NCBI RefSeq assembly: GCF_009914755.1
Contig: NC_060941.1
Length of the DNA stretch: 64,000 nucleotides
Origin: the human T2T-CHM13v2.0 reference genome, Homo sapiens
Reading direction: 5' to 3' (one strand)
Shown one piece after another: positions 14,744 through 30,550 of the stretch. The translations under genes and the position numbers were made by a program. Numbering within the stretch: position 1 is the stretch's first letter; each line of letters opens with the position of its first letter. Under the pieces are notes generated by a model, which did not search any database, was not told where the DNA came from, and saw only the letters and a program-made list of their open reading frames with translations.

Positions 14744-16039
14744 AATGCTATCCTTCTAATTAGCTGTGGAAAAGTAGGTTTTATCCACCATCTCTTGCTG
14801 ACTTTTATAGTAATAAATACCCTACGTGTATGGTTAGGTTTTAGATAGGTAGATTTATAGGCATAGTATAGATATACAGCTTTCTGAAAGGATACAAAAG
14901 AAACTATAATAGCCTCTAGAGGAAAAATAAAGTAGCAATGGATGAGGATGAGAGGATTAACCTTTTGACATTTCTTATACTTACTTATATTACCTAATCG
15001 AACACAATTATAAATCAAATCCAATCAAACAAAAACAACAGAAATTTATTCTCCTGGAAGAACGCTGGCTTTCAAGTGAATGAGTAATGACTTGTGATCA
15101 TTTTTATGCATCATCAATAAAACATTATGAGCCGCATTCTTTCTACTTCACTCAAATTAATTTTACCATTAAAAATTAATTCAATTTCAATGATCAGTTT
15201 ATTTTAATTCTCTAAAAATGTGTCATCGTTTTTTGCTTTCAAATAAACATAGATGTACTTTGTTTAGATGCACTGACATTTAGGATTCTACAAACTAATT
15301 TGTGCTTAATTACATCTCGCTCAAAAGTTCAAACTTTTAACTCATAAAGTTTAACTTTATATTCTGGATTTCAGCAAAGCACTGCCTAACACATTGCGTG
15401 CAGTAGGACAGGAAGTGATGACTGTTTCTTTCGGAGCTTCTGCCAGTATGGAAATGCCACATCTCAGTTCTCAGCATCCGTACTCATTCATTCTTTTATT
15501 CATTTATTCATTTATTCTTTCACTTGCGCACAATGTTAATTAGGTCCTTTTCAGATGTTCAGTTTACCTCCGGTCATGACAATCTATGGAGAATGATGGG
15601 AGCAAAGAGAGATATTTCAACGGAATAAAACAAAAGCAATTCTATTAACCTATTCAACGCTGGGGTCCCAGCTGCACTTCACTACAGATAAAACTGTGGG
15701 GATAGTAGTCTCTATAGTTGCATAAACGCCAGGTGTTTTTTTAGACTCAGATGCAAATTTGCTTAGGTTTATATTTGATCCTTGAATCATTTTTGTAACC
15801 AGCTGGAGTTTTTGGCCATAACGTATTAACAATTTTTGGATGAATCATGCTGTGGTCATTATAAGCCTCTCTCTGGTCTGAATGACTGGATCTATTTTTC
15901 AGTTTCATTTTTAAAACAGTTGATTATACATATGTCAGCATGCATAATCTTTATTGTATCTAGAGATGCCTAATAAAACACACGTGAATAAAATATTCTC
16001 CAGGCAAGAAAAATGAAATGCAAATCTGATGTTCATAGA

Positions 16040-16250
16040 TGGCCTTGCATAAAACAGCTGGGACTCTGGGCTCTAGATTTGAACACTGGATTTGTCCCTG
16101 GTAGTTCTGTGTCCTAATGTGAGTTAACTGAATCTCTCTAAGCCTCAATGAATTCATTTAAAAACAGGATTTGAGGATTTAGTATATAACATGAATACAG
16201 TTCCTAGTATAGTGCATAGTATTCAGTCATCACTCAATAAATGTGAATTC
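16040..16250. mobile_element. MIR fragment
   Basis: Core similarity GAGTTAACTGAATCTCTCTAAGCCTCA and ACTCAATAAATG end. Confidence 0.6.
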
Positions 16251-16696
16251 TTTTTGTTGGTTGTTGTCCTTGATGTTGCTGAAGAGGCGTGTGAGAAGGC
16301 AGCAAGATGCAATGATGTCAGTGCATGTTAGGCAGCAAGCAGATAAACTCATATAGCTTCTCTATAGGGGTGAGCTGAAATAAGAATTTCCTCCGATAGC
16401 TCAAATTTCTCATGTTGTAGGCAAAGCCCTCCAGAACACATTTCTAATCCAGAGTTCATTCCAACTCCTTCCCCACACAAGCCTTCTGCTTTAGTCAGAG
16501 GCCTCTCCTCAGATTCTTCTCTGTGAACTTTGCTTGGAAGGAATGACTATTTCCTCCTAAACCCTGTTCATATTCCGGAGTCCTTCAAAGCTAGCTCAAA
16601 TTTCACTTCAGTAGAACTCTTTCCTAAAAATTGTATCCTTCCCATCCCTTTCTTAAATGTCAATAGAATAATTATTTTTGCCACACATTTTGGTGG

Positions 16697-17539
<843 letters not shown>

Positions 17540-18132
17540 GGTAGTTTTATGAAGTCCTTTTAGAATTTTAGCTACACATGGTCCTGCCTGAATTACATAT
17601 GTTTTTCAGTGTGCAGTGGTGGCTCTCTGTCAACATTCTGGATGGTAGGGAAGGACAAGGGGGTTTGTCATAGGTCTTCTGTAGCCCTAACCTGACCTAC
17701 CCCAGAGCTCTGAGAGCAAAATGTTTGAGGAGGCACGCGGGCAGAATCCTGAATCAGTGGTTCAAGAGATTCTTCAGGTTTAAAATTTTACATCTTAAAC
17801 AGTCAGATCTACGAAGGATTTATTTTATATTGGAGGACTAATCTATGAGATTCCTTCAGATACAGGCTGTTCCTCAGGCAAATGCCATGAACTTAACTAT
17901 GCTTGGACTGATTTAAGTAACAGGTGTCATGATCTTGAAGCTCAACTTCAAGGTTAAGTTGATTGGCTGAGAAGTAATATTTACCCTAACAGCTTTTATT
18001 AAAATCTTGGAGATAAAGTGTTCTCTGCATGTCAGACATTTCTCCAGGAACCATGTTTAAATGTCCTTCACGTTTACATCATAATTTTACGAGTAGGGCA
18101 ATTACTTTATCTCATCTTGAGTGAGACACTAA

Positions 18133-18502
<370 letters not shown>

Positions 18503-20149
18503 AATTCTCCCTATTTCTATTCTCTGACTCTTAGTATGTGAAACAAACAAATACATTTAACAAAAAGCAATTTCCAAGCCTTCATACACATTGTTTCCTT
18601 TTGCTAGAATTTTATTTCTTCTTCCCATTTCCCTCCAGAAAAGCTTTTAATTGCCTGTTGAAACCCCACCCAAATTCTTCTACAAGGAAGCCTTCCTTTA
18701 TTCCTTCTAACCTGCATAGAATGTGAGTTATTCTAGAGTTGGTTTTTATCCCCAGAAACTAGTACCATGTTCAACTCCATAAATGCTAAATGTGTCTGCC
18801 TATCGATTGACTAAAAATAGCTATTATGGAAGCAATAAATTCACAAGGTTACATCTCCGGACTTTTGCTGTAGAATGAATATAAGCAGAATCAATTGTTT
18901 CTTTCTTTTTTCTGATAGGATAAATATTGTTTCGTTTTTATTTGCTTGCTCAATATTTGTAATGATTCTTTAGATTACAAAACCTGATTGACAACCTCGA
19001 GTTCAGAGAAATCTTTCTTTTATTGAAGACCCAATAAACACATTATTTTGAAATACTTTTCTGTGTCACAAATGAATATTACAGCAATCAAAGAAAATAA
19101 CAGACTGGGATTATTTAGCTCAAAGCTCATAAGGAAGTCTAAATATTCAGTTGACCTTCTCTATGACTAAGTGTCCATAGCATGTTGAATCCCACCTTTA
19201 TGTATGTAGAAATGGCCTGAGCGATTGAGAAATACTACTTATCACTCTTTGATCAGTGGCAGACCATGCTTCACCATGATATTCTCTACCTTTGATTCTA
19301 GCTTAAATATTAAAAAAAAAAAAAGAGAAGGGGCTTGAACCTATTATCCCAACCTCATTTTGCATCTTCCAAGTGCAAAATAGATCCACTATTTGCCTTT
19401 TCAATGCAATGTTACGTTTCCTTATTAAGTACTATGTTACTAAACTTTACACAGACACTGAGAAGTGGAACGGGGTGAAAGGTCACCATATAAAATATAT
19501 GCTTTCACATATTACTCTCTGTAGAACATTTTGACCTGAGGCAATTCTTCAATATCATAAAATCATTTAGGAAAAAACAACTACCACTAGCCTGCACTTG
19601 ACAACTGATCATGGGTCTCAATATTATATTCTCCCAGAAACCAAAGAAAGAAAAAATGATCTCAGAAAGTCCTGTTGTTTTGGCAAGAAGTGAAATGCAA
19701 TCACATAAATTTCAACATATTAAGCGGCAGTTGGTATTTTATAAATGGTTAATGCTGGTATAATTCCAAGATGCATTAGAAATATTAGAGTCAGAAGCAG
19801 CATTACAGCTCAGCAATTCTGCACATAATCAAGAGTTGGGCAGCATCCACAGACAGTTTTTATTACACAGACAGGCACTTGAGAATATGTTTCTGGAAGC
19901 AAAATGAGATGATGAGGAGGGAAATTATGTAATGAGCAATGCCAAAATAGGCATAAAGGAAAATTATTCATTGGGAAAAACAAATGCATTTGGGCATAGA
20001 AGACATTTCTGACAATTTGTCTACCTATAGAAAGTGGTCCCTGTTCAGATATTAAGAAAAACACAAGGGTATTAACAAAGGTGGTAAAAGTACCAGAGTT
20101 TAGTTGATTCTTGTTTATGTTTTCCTCCTCATCTTTCATTCTGGAATTG

Positions 20150-20295
20150 TCATATATATATACACTCATGCAGACACACATATTTTTTATATATATACAC
20201 GTGTGTGTCTGTATGAGTATATATGCGTATATATACATATATAATGTATATATACATTATATATGTGTGTATATATCTGTATATACACAGACATG
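20150..20295. repeat. Degenerate (TA)n/(CA)n/(TG)n microsatellite
   Basis: Alternating purine-pyrimidine tract seen directly. Confidence 0.85.
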
Positions 20296-20618
20296 TCATA
20301 TAATTTCAGATTAATGAATCTTTTTAATCAAGACCCATTTTTTTTTAACTTCTCGTGAATTGTTCCTTCTCCAATCCTTCAAAAACAGAGACACACTGAG
20401 CTGCAGGCCTTGCCCAGTCATTCTTTGGCAGACTTGGAAACTCAGCTGTTCTCATGGCTTTGCTGTTAAACATACCAAAACCCAGACGGCTTCACATAGT
20501 TTTCCCTGGGATTCAAGCTGTTTTGATTCTCCACCTTCAACTGCCCATTTACCATCTCCACAAAAGATTTCCGACATCATCTTTCTTCCTGATGGAAATT
20601 TCTACTCCAAATTTTTAA

Positions 20619-20987
<369 letters not shown>

Positions 20988-21799
20988 TCAGAATTCTTAA
21001 ATGTTCCTTATTCCTTTATTTCTCTCTGTTAGGATAACTGCCCAGTCTCCAGAATCTACACAGGGCCCTCATATTCCCCCTCACATCTGTCCAGTCTCTT
21101 TCATGGCCATTTCTCTAGCTTATCACTTCATACCTCAAGTAGCACAGCAGTTGGATTATTGGTCTGCTTGGCCTTCCTCTTTCCTTCTCCTACTTTGTCC
21201 TAGACAACACTACCACAAAACAGGCAATGGCCTAGAACACAACCTCATGTGAAAAGATCTTCAGTGTTTTCAATTGGCCTGCAGGTTAAATCCAAACTAC
21301 ATCGCATGTCAATTATCAAATGCCTACATTGAACTCTATTCTTATTCAGTATTTTGGGGGAGGGGCTACAAAATAATTATACACTTTTGCTCACATCATT
21401 CCTCTTTTCTGGGATGTTCTTTCCTACATATCTTTTTTTACCAAAGTGGTAGCGTTTTCCATAATATGCAATTCAAGTCTAATCATGTTGGATGAAGAGC
21501 AAAAGATTAATTTAATTGGGTTTTAGTTGAAAATATTTTTCAGAGCCTAACTATCCTTATGAGTTATCAAATCCTTCATGTAAGAAAACTCTGTTATGCA
21601 ATGGAAGCAAACTGTGGGAGAAGTGGGGCAGGTGTTGTCTGGATCTGAAAGTGGGTGGTAGGTAACTTGTATGGTATTTCCTGACTGGTGGGTGGCAGAC
21701 TTGAAACCAAATCCTAGATCCCTTGACTCCTAATCAACATCCCTACCCTATAATACGACTGGAGGCATCAGGACCTACCCATTAAGTAATACAGACACA

Positions 21800-22010
21800 T
21801 AGCTATCAGGAGTCCTAGAATTGAAACCTGACTCTGCCACTTACCAGGAATGTGAAGTTAGACAAATCACTTAATGCTTCTGCCTTCATTTCCTAATCCG
21901 TGAAATTGACCCAACAGACATTATAAGTTTAAAACAAGGTAATGCAAGTAAAGTATTTAGCACAATTCCTGCAGTGATGAAAACCCTTGATAATTCAAGC
22001 CTTGTTACTA
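21800..22010. mobile_element. MIR
   Basis: CTCTGCCACTTACCAGG...ACAAATCACTTAA core. Confidence 0.7.
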
Positions 22011-22589
22011 TAACACCGTGACTGTAGAAAATTGTCTTCAACCACTAAAAGAATGATGTTTCCAAATACCAGTGGCCTAAAGGTGGAGTAAGTGACAAGT
22101 TATTTTCAACTCTGTGACCAAGGTTATATCTATCCTTTAATTAGCTAAGACTCAAGATGTTTTTCCCTCCCATTCTAGATGAGATGTATTAATTATATCC
22201 CCAGGAATCAAAGAACATCTTACAATTTCATCAGTTCATTTCACATTTGTTATGAATTCCTTAGGTGAATATTCTTAAAGTGATATTGTCTTGGTGGTTA
22301 ATCGGGTTTTCCACCTATAACTGAATATTTTTTGTGTGTGTATCTCTCACCAGTCTAGACTAGGAAAATTATAGCTACAGGAATCATTTTTAAAAATAGT
22401 ACATATCACAGAACATTACTTAGCCAGAAAAATCCACAATTATTGGATTAAGCAAACTAATCATCTCCTTGAGAACCAACTGCCCACTAGCCAAATTGTA
22501 CCAACAGGGATGAGTAACATTTAGCTTTTGGAGAAATTCTAAATAATTCCAAGTAATTAGTGCAAGAACTGTATGAAATAGCCAAATAC

Positions 22590-22800
22590 TTATTCTGGAC
22601 TCAGACTATCTGAATTGATATTCTGACTGTGATTTACTGCTGTGGAACTTTGGGCAAGTCACTATACCTTTCTGTACTGGCTTCCATCTCATTTTTATTT
22701 CATGAGATTGTTGGAATATGTAAGTGAAAATATGTCTATAGATCATTCAGCATACTTTCTGTAACACGAGCACCTACAATCTAAATAGTATTATTACTAA
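22590..22800. mobile_element. MIR
   Basis: ACTTTGGGCAAGTCACT core. Confidence 0.65.
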
Positions 22801-25190
22801 TATTACTGTTTTCCTTCTGGTAATTTATCCAAAGATGTGCTACACTTGACAACAGCTTCTGAATTCTCTGTTCTCCATCCTACAGACTTACGATAGTCTT
22901 CCTTTTCTTTCTCTATCATTTCCTTAAGTAAGCAAAAAATAATTTAGAAGTTGCCAAGTGGGGAAAACCCCAATCTATTGGAGAGTATGACAGCAAGGGG
23001 TGGCAGCGGTGGGTTGAAGGTCTTACTCAAAGTGTCCATGCCTAGGGATGTTAGACAGGGAGTGAAATGATTTTTAAAAAATCTGAATTAGCACATACAA
23101 TACCAAATTGCAACAGCTGCCAGGAAGGGTATTTGTGCAATATCTACTGATAAATGAGTAGAATGTTCTTTCCTTTTCCATAAAGGGAATCTTGTTAAGT
23201 GAAGTGGATAACTCTTAAGAGTGTAACTAGACTTGGCAAATCAATGCCTTTCTGGAGAACATAATTGTGCTTTCTGGAGCTAGACCACAGGCACTCAATT
23301 ATTTAGAGGGACTCTCGGGCATCCAGCCCATCAGCTCTTGGGTAATGCTTCGGAAGTCACGGGAGTTGCTTATCTGAGCTGCTGAGAAAGGAGAATGTTT
23401 TATGTCAAGCTATAAAATATACAGCACATAACACCCTAAAGTGTCTCCTATTATCTTCTTGTCTAGCTGTTGCCTTAATTCTGCAGAGATACAGAGATAG
23501 GAAAATACTTGCAGACAGAATTTCCAGTGCTTTCTATTATCTGAAATTTTCTCTATTTTACCTTTTAGAAAAATAAATCTTATTTGCTTTTTTTAGTAAA
23601 ATATGTTTCTATAGGACTAAGCTTGTTGTCTACAAAATAATGTATTACTAGTTAGAAATGTTAACAGTACAAAGAAAATAATCATCATTATTTTGTGTGC
23701 ATATTTTTGGCAGTCTACCCGTGCATATGAGTTCGCTTGTCCTTACAACAGTCTCTGAGATTTGCCAAGTGGTTTGCCAACCCCACAAAGCCAATAAATG
23801 GCACACTAGGACTGTAATCCAGGACCTCTGACTTTATGTCCACTACGCTTCATAACACCTTATTCTATCTTTGGAATAGAATATATTGCCCACAGAATTA
23901 TAAGTTAAAAATAACATATTATAAATACATAATCGAATATATTTTAAAATTTACTTACTATGCAGAGTATAGAGTATGTGCCATTTTCAATCACTTCTCC
24001 TCCCAAATTCCTGTGCCTTCTGCCAACTGCATGCCTTGTATTCACTTTTCCACTCACATTTCAGTAGGCGAGAGGTCCTGAAACCTCAGTATACAGGAAA
24101 GACCCGCTGAGTGCCTAATACAATTCAGATGTCTTGGACTTTGCCCCTACAAACTTGTGATCCAGGTGGTCCAATGTCACATCCTAAGAAACCTGGGACT
24201 CAGCTCCATTGTTAATCACTACTGCATTCCTCATGTCTCCAGGTAGATTTCTGAGCTGCTATTTCCACACTGCCACCACACTCGACTCTCTCTGCCTCTG
24301 ACCTTCAATGGCACAAAACCCTAAACGTGGATCCTGCTCTCAATCCTCTTCCTACTTCCCAATCTCTTTTCTCTTTATCTCTATTCAAAAATCACAAAAT
24401 GAAACATGGCTAGAGAAAGATAAATCCAGACTCCACCTATTCAAGCAAAACTCTATCGGGTCAGGATGATGGCTTATGCCAAATAGTAGCCTGACATGGT
24501 GACTTGTGATCTTACTAGGTTTCTGCCTTTGTAGAGCAACCGAGTCTCCCCACTAGAGTGATTTTTGTACTTTCTAATGTTACCCAATGGCTGGAAAGTA
24601 AGAAGCTGCATCTCCTTGACTTCGGCTGTAACTTGCACATTGGAGTAACATTTTTAATATCCCACTAGCCAGATGTGACTTCTTAGGCCAATGTGTACCA
24701 GAGCACAGGCCTTCAGGTTGCTCTTTTAGACACACCCACATACATTGGAGAATCTGGCATTTTGAATGGGGTCAGACTTTAGGCCCAATTTAGCCTTTTT
24801 GAATCCTTACTCCACCTCTCTTTCTTTTCCTTTCTGAATATCTAAAGTTTCAAAATCACTCTCATCAAGTTATGCTGAGTTTTAAGAAAAATCATTGATC
24901 TTTCATCTGTGTCACCAATAGACCTTCTCCATTTTTGAGCCATGTAACTGGGGTCTGATCTCTTCCTTAGAACAACTGAGGGCTGAGGGTTTGGCCCAGG
25001 TTTGTGTTTCAAGAGCCAGAGCTGGGAATGCAGTACAATTTATTGGATGATTGTGATGAAGAAGCAGGGAGTGAAGAGCAAATTCATTTTTGGCCCAAGT
25101 GTGTAAGAGAACTGAAAGGCAGGGTAAGTAGGAATGGGTAAAATGCCACCATGGCATCTAAAACATATAATTGGCAAAAACACCAAGAGT

Positions 25191-25477
25191 AGTGGCTCAC
25201 ACTTGTGGTCCCAGCACTTTGCGAGGCCAAGGTGGACAGATCACCTGAGGTCAGGAGTTCAAGACCAGCCTGGCCAACATGGTGAGACACTGTTTCTACT
25301 AAAAATACAAAAATTAGCCAGACATGGTGGTGCGCACCTGTAATCCCAGCTACTGGGGAGACTGAGGCAGAACAATCACTTGAACCTGGGAGCAGAGTTT
25401 GCAGTGAGCCGAGATCATGCCACTGCACTCCAGACTGGGTGACAGAGTGAGATATCGTCTCAAAAAAAAAAAAAAAA
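25191..25477 (+). mobile_element. AluSx/Sz-like, 5' edge degenerate
   Basis: GATCACCTGAGGTCAGGAGTTCAAGACCAGCCTGGCC; A tail. Confidence 0.93.
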
Positions 25478-26331
25478 TGGCTAAAACAAAAATTGCATTT
25501 CAACCTGAGGGTGAAAGGGTGGGTTAAGAATTGTTAGCTTGGAAAGCACTGCAGAAAAGTTCCAGGAAGTTACAGAACACAGAGCGTGTCAGCCTTTTAT
25601 GGAATGCTCATGGCTAAGCCCAAGAGCTGAGAGAGAGAATTCAAGCATGCTGGCCAGCTGAAAGAATCCTGCATTTGTATACTCTCAAGGAAGTAGCCTA
25701 CCATACTAGAGATTTTTAATCATTTTCCCAAATCAACTTATTTAGGCTGAGTAAACTACACACTAGCAAGGGTACTTGAAGATCACCTCAAGCAAAACAG
25801 TCTGGATTATTTGAGTAAATATTCATAAGCTGCGGTCCTACAACATTCTGCTAGTTTGGTAAGCATACACTCAGTAACTGTCAATGCACTTTTGTTGTGA
25901 CGATGATATCCAGATTTTTATTTTTTCCTCCATTTGTTAAATATACTTAGCACAATTGAACAATTTATTACCTCTAAAAGTATTGAATCCCTGCCATCTT
26001 GAAAAATATACCAGCAACTAGCAAACAATTAAAATGTATAGGCCATTAATCTCAAGAAAGGCTATGAATAAACAAGTATCTCTCTTGTCTTCCACTACTC
26101 AAAGAAATTTCACTATGAGGAATTAGGAAGCAGCTACTGGTCTGTGTACGGTTCAGTTACTTTTTGTTTTGATAGCTTCTGTCCACCTCATATCAACATT
26201 TTCTTCACAATTGTGCTAGCCATCATAAGTTTCCATTAGTGAAAGCTACTGACTTAGGGTTCTCTATCCCAAGTAGCCATTTACTTTGTTCAAAGATCTG
26301 TATCACTGATCATTACTATAACCCTTTGGAG

Positions 26332-26574
26332 ATTTTGTTTTGTTTTGTTTCTAGAGATGGGGTCTTGCTCTGTTGCCCAGGCTAGAGAGCAGCAAAGGGC
26401 AGTGGTATGATCATAGCTCACCCCAGCCTTGAACCCATGGACTCAAGCAACACTTATGCCTTAGCCTCCAGAGTAGCTGGGACTATAGGTACATGCCACC
26501 ATGCCAGGGTAATTTTTACTTTCTTTTTTAGAGATGGGGGTCTCACTACGTTGCCCAGGCTGGTCTTGAACTCC
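26332..26574 (-). mobile_element. AluJ, partial
   Basis: Diverged antisense Alu with J features (ATCATAGCTCAC, GGGTCTCACTACGTTGCCCAGGCTGG). Confidence 0.85.
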
Positions 26575-26755
26575 TTTTCTCAAAGTTATTTTTAGTAGAT
26601 GTGCCTTGTTTCACAAAAGTGAAAACACAAGGAGAAATATGCTAGCAAGTATTGCACCACGTACATTCTTTATGTACTTTCTAGTCTCTTAAATACTCTA
26701 AGAAAAACGTCAATGGTAAAACAAAGCAGAAAAAAGAGATATCCAATGCAGTGAG

Positions 26756-27239
26756 TGTATTAGTTTCCTATTTCTCTTGTCATAAATTGCCACAAACTTA
26801 GTGGCTTAGAATAACACAAATTTATTATCATACTGTTTTGGAGGTCGAAGTCTGAAGTAGATCTTTAGGGCTAAAATCAAAATATTGGCAGAACTGTTTC
26901 TTCTAGAGATTTTAGGGGAAAATCTATTTCCTTGCTTTATCTAGCTTATAGTGGCTACCTTTATTAATTGACTTGTGGCCCCTTCTACCACCACCAAAGG
27001 ACTTCAGTCCAATCTCTGCTTCCAACTTCACATCTCTCTGATTTTGACCTTCATGCCTACCTAGTTATAAGAACTTTTGTGATTATATTGGGCCCACCCA
27101 GTTAATCCAGGATAATCTCAAAATCTCAAGATCTTTCATTTAATCACATCTGCAAAATCTCTTTTATTACATAAGGCAACATAGTCACAGGTTACTAGGA
27201 TTGAGATATATCTTTGGGGACAATTGTCAGCCTACCAAA
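26756..27239 (-). mobile_element. MLT1 (C/D-like) solo LTR
   Basis: TGTATTAGTTTCCT start, GGGCCCACCCAGTTAATCCAGGATAATCTC, TSD GTGAG/GTGAC. Confidence 0.85.
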
Positions 27240-27642
27240 GTGACATTTTATACTGTAAGCTGTTTTGATAAAAGTTGACTTTTCTAAGATTTACTGTCTT
27301 ACTTTTTGTGTGAATCTATTGAAACTCAGAACACGTAAATTGGATCTGCCAGAAATCCCATCTGGACCTTGATAAAGCTCAATGTTCAATTACACTAAAT
27401 CATTCTTTTTCCATTAAAATGATGACTCTTTCCTCTATTGAGGTCTTTGTGCAGGCTTGCTACCTTGGCATAGAATGTCCTTCCTCCTTCTCAAATTGTT
27501 GGTAAATCTCTGACTAGACCTCAAGCTATAATTTAATGGTTACCTTTTTCTTTTGTTTGCTCTGAGTCCCTTTTTCTTCCCACAAAGAGTAGTTAGGTGA
27601 TTTTTTTTTCTCATAGCACTTTGGCAGTCTCCTTATGTAAGA

Positions 27643-27748
27643 TTCCCCATGCAAAATATGCACCCATGTAATATATGGATTGAGTACTTTCTATATGCCT
27701 TGTTCTGTAGTAAACATGGGATAAACAAGAAAATATGAAAAAAAGATA
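27643..27748. repeat. Inverted duplication A, upstream arm
   Basis: Reverse complement of 28553-28662, ~85% identity by manual alignment. Confidence 0.92.
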
Positions 27749-28552
27749 ATTTATCCAAATTTACTACACACTTACAATTATACATGACTCTCCTGAACTT
27801 AATTGAAGCAGGATTCATCACAATGTCCACATCAATGTGCAAAAAATCCCTTTTTATTATGAAGTAATGTATACAAAACAATGCCCATAACCCCGTTCCT
27901 ACTTTAGATTATTTTCTGTTATTTTTGTTTAATTATTTGAATTTTTTACTAGACAACATATCCCTTTTAAAAATTAAAAGTGATGGAGATATTTTCAAAA
28001 GCCCAATTCAAACCGAGTTAGTATTTACAAAATTTCAATTCTGTCCCCAGGGTTTATCATGTAAGACCTTAATGATATTAAACATATGTGCAATAGTAAA
28101 ATCTTAGAAGATGCTTAGTAATTGTACTCTGGACACAAGAAAAATAAATCATATTGCAGTCCAGCTATCCTTCATTCAACAATATATAACTTTAAGGAAA
28201 GAACTAGAGAACTTGAGATGCACACAATTCCAGGGACAAGTAATTCTTGGAGGAGGAACAATTAACCGATGGTTTTATCTGAAAAAGAAACATGTGCCAA
28301 ATGAATCTAAATGGTGCCTAACTCTATATTCCATTTGGCACTCCATGTATGAACCTCTCCCTATCCCTTGCTGTCATTTTTCCTTTCAGTGGGGTGATGG
28401 TGAGAGCAATGGCATGAAGCCCAGGAATGTGGTAAGATAATTTCTATACAGGTCAAGATAAAAATCATGAAAATGTAAAAATCCAATAATTCATGTTTTG
28501 GGCCAGGTCAAAACAACATGGGGACATCAAAACAGCCTTTAGAAGAATCATG

Positions 28553-28662
28553 TATCTCTTTTCGCATATTTTCTTGTTTATTTATCCCATGTTGACTACA
28601 GAACAAGGCATACAGAAAGTACTCAACCAATCTATTGCATAGGTGCATACTTTGCATGGGAA
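28553..28662. repeat. Inverted duplication A, downstream arm (L2-tail-like, probable donor)
   Basis: Reverse complement of 27643-27748; resembles an L2 3' terminus. Confidence 0.92.
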
Positions 28663-29307
28663 GCACTCAACATATATTGCATGGCATGCTTGAGTTGCTG
28701 TAAATTATTTTGTCTCCCTTAAGACCATAAGAGACGCAAAGGAGCAGGATTAGCAAAGTTTATAGCAAGCCATGAGCCAGGACAGATACAGTGGAATCAG
28801 TTTGCAAAATGCCTTGGAGTCTTTACTTTAGGAAGTGGTACTTCATTTTGAAAGAAATTTGGAACCAGAGGGATTTGAACACAGGGGACCTCATTGATCA
28901 AATCCTGCATGCATAAAGACTACTTTATTAGCAATGCAGAGACTAAATTTGAGAGTGGAAAGGATGGCTATTATAACTCCATTTGGAAAGCCATTGCAAT
29001 AACTAAAACAACTATAAACATGGAACATTCAGATTTAATTTTTAGAATATGTGCAATAGAAAAGAATAAGTGATATTCTTTGTAATATGACATCTGTAGC
29101 TGCATGTTGCTTAAACATAAATATGATTAGGTGCTAGAGGTAATGGGGTCAAATTAGTCTATTATCTAGTTATTTTACAGGGTCTGCACTCTACACAGAA
29201 ACTTGCTAATGTGAATATTTAGTAGGTTTGAACCCATGCAGTGTTATGAAAGAGTATCAGAACTATCAATGTGTGATATGAGTTGCCATGTATGTATGGG
29301 TGCACAA

Positions 29308-29333
29308 GTGTGTGTGTGTGTGTGTGTGTGTGT
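29308..29333. repeat. (TG)n microsatellite
   Basis: About 13 GT units. Confidence 0.95.
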
Positions 29334-29789
29334 ATGAGTTTCTGGGTGAGAAAATTCCACCTGAGGCAGAAGGAGAAAATGATGTTGAGGGTCAACTTTA
29401 CATTCTTACTTTCCATTTTAATGTTGATTGAAGATTCTTGATACAAATATGTCTAAATATCATCTGTACACAATCAATTTTAACTAAATTTTATAGAAAA
29501 CTCATTTTTTCTAGTAGCCTTAAATCTGTTTATACCTTGCTCTTCAAAATCAAAGCATTTAATCTCTTAGAGATAATAAATTAACTTCTGTTTACATTAA
29601 AATTTATTGGGCCTACTAAATACAGATGCTAGTCATTACCTATTTTTATGAAAGTGGTAAGCCATTTCAGAATGACTCATATAAAATGAATTGAGTGGGC
29701 ACAAAAATCTGAATTATTATAATTAACAATCATAGGAAAGAAATAAGAACTAACTTAAGGCTTTTCTGAATATCTGTTGGTGGCAGTAG

Positions 29790-30270
29790 ACACGTATAGG
29801 GGTGTTCTAGTCCAAGGAAAGTATTGATTCATTTAAATTTGTCCATCCACATGAGTGAAACAGCTACGCTCATTTTCAGATCAGTGAATGCAACACTCCC
29901 AAGTCTAATCGGGAAGTTTTGCAGACAGCCGTTCCTGTTTGTTTATTGATTGTGGTTCAACGGTAGTTCTCATTCTTCCAAATTAGAACAGCAGACTTAT
30001 GTTGTGTCAACAATCACCTTGCTTTTAAAAACGTCTCTGTGCATGCACCAGAGACACACTAATAAAGAATCTAACACAAGCCAAATCTTCCATCTGCTAG
30101 GGGATAATGCCCGTCTGCTGTCAGAAGCAAGACTGGAGTAAGGTGCAGGCAATGCCAAGACTTGCAGTGCCCGTCTTTTTGAAAAAAGGCCCTAGTGGGA
30201 TAACAGATCGTGTTCGTCTAAAAAGGAAGACAAATGAGTAACTTGTGTTTAATAACGGCCATCCGCTGAC
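29790..30270. promoter_or_regulatory. Candidate enhancer (CpG-retaining unique DNA with ETS/MYB/FOX/RUNX-like motifs)
   Basis: 12 CpGs in ~480 bp; GGGAAGT 29911, CAGCCGTT 29926, TGTTTGTTTA 29936, TGTGGTT 29951, CAACGG 29958. Confidence 0.35.
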
Positions 30271-30550
30271 ACTTACTGTTAAAGGAGAACAAGAGATATA
30301 TCTTGGCAGTTTTCTACATCTCATTTTGTATTGAGTCCAAGTCATTGACATGAGAATGTAACATAATCTACCTTGCGGAAAAAGTGGAGAATGATCTGCT
30401 TCTCTCTCTACATATAATTTCCAACTGAGACTTCCGCTTTTCTTACCATTACTCAAATTGCCCAGTCAGAGGCAAAAACACCTGGTCATATGAATGCATT
30501 TCCCCAGCTGAATGAAAATGGGTCTGCTGGGTGAAGAGAATTAGAATTTC

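Noticed and set aside
24971-25130. Possible plus-strand exon ending at AGG|GTAAGT
   Set aside because: Weak pyrimidine tract and stops in all three frames; no supporting evidence.
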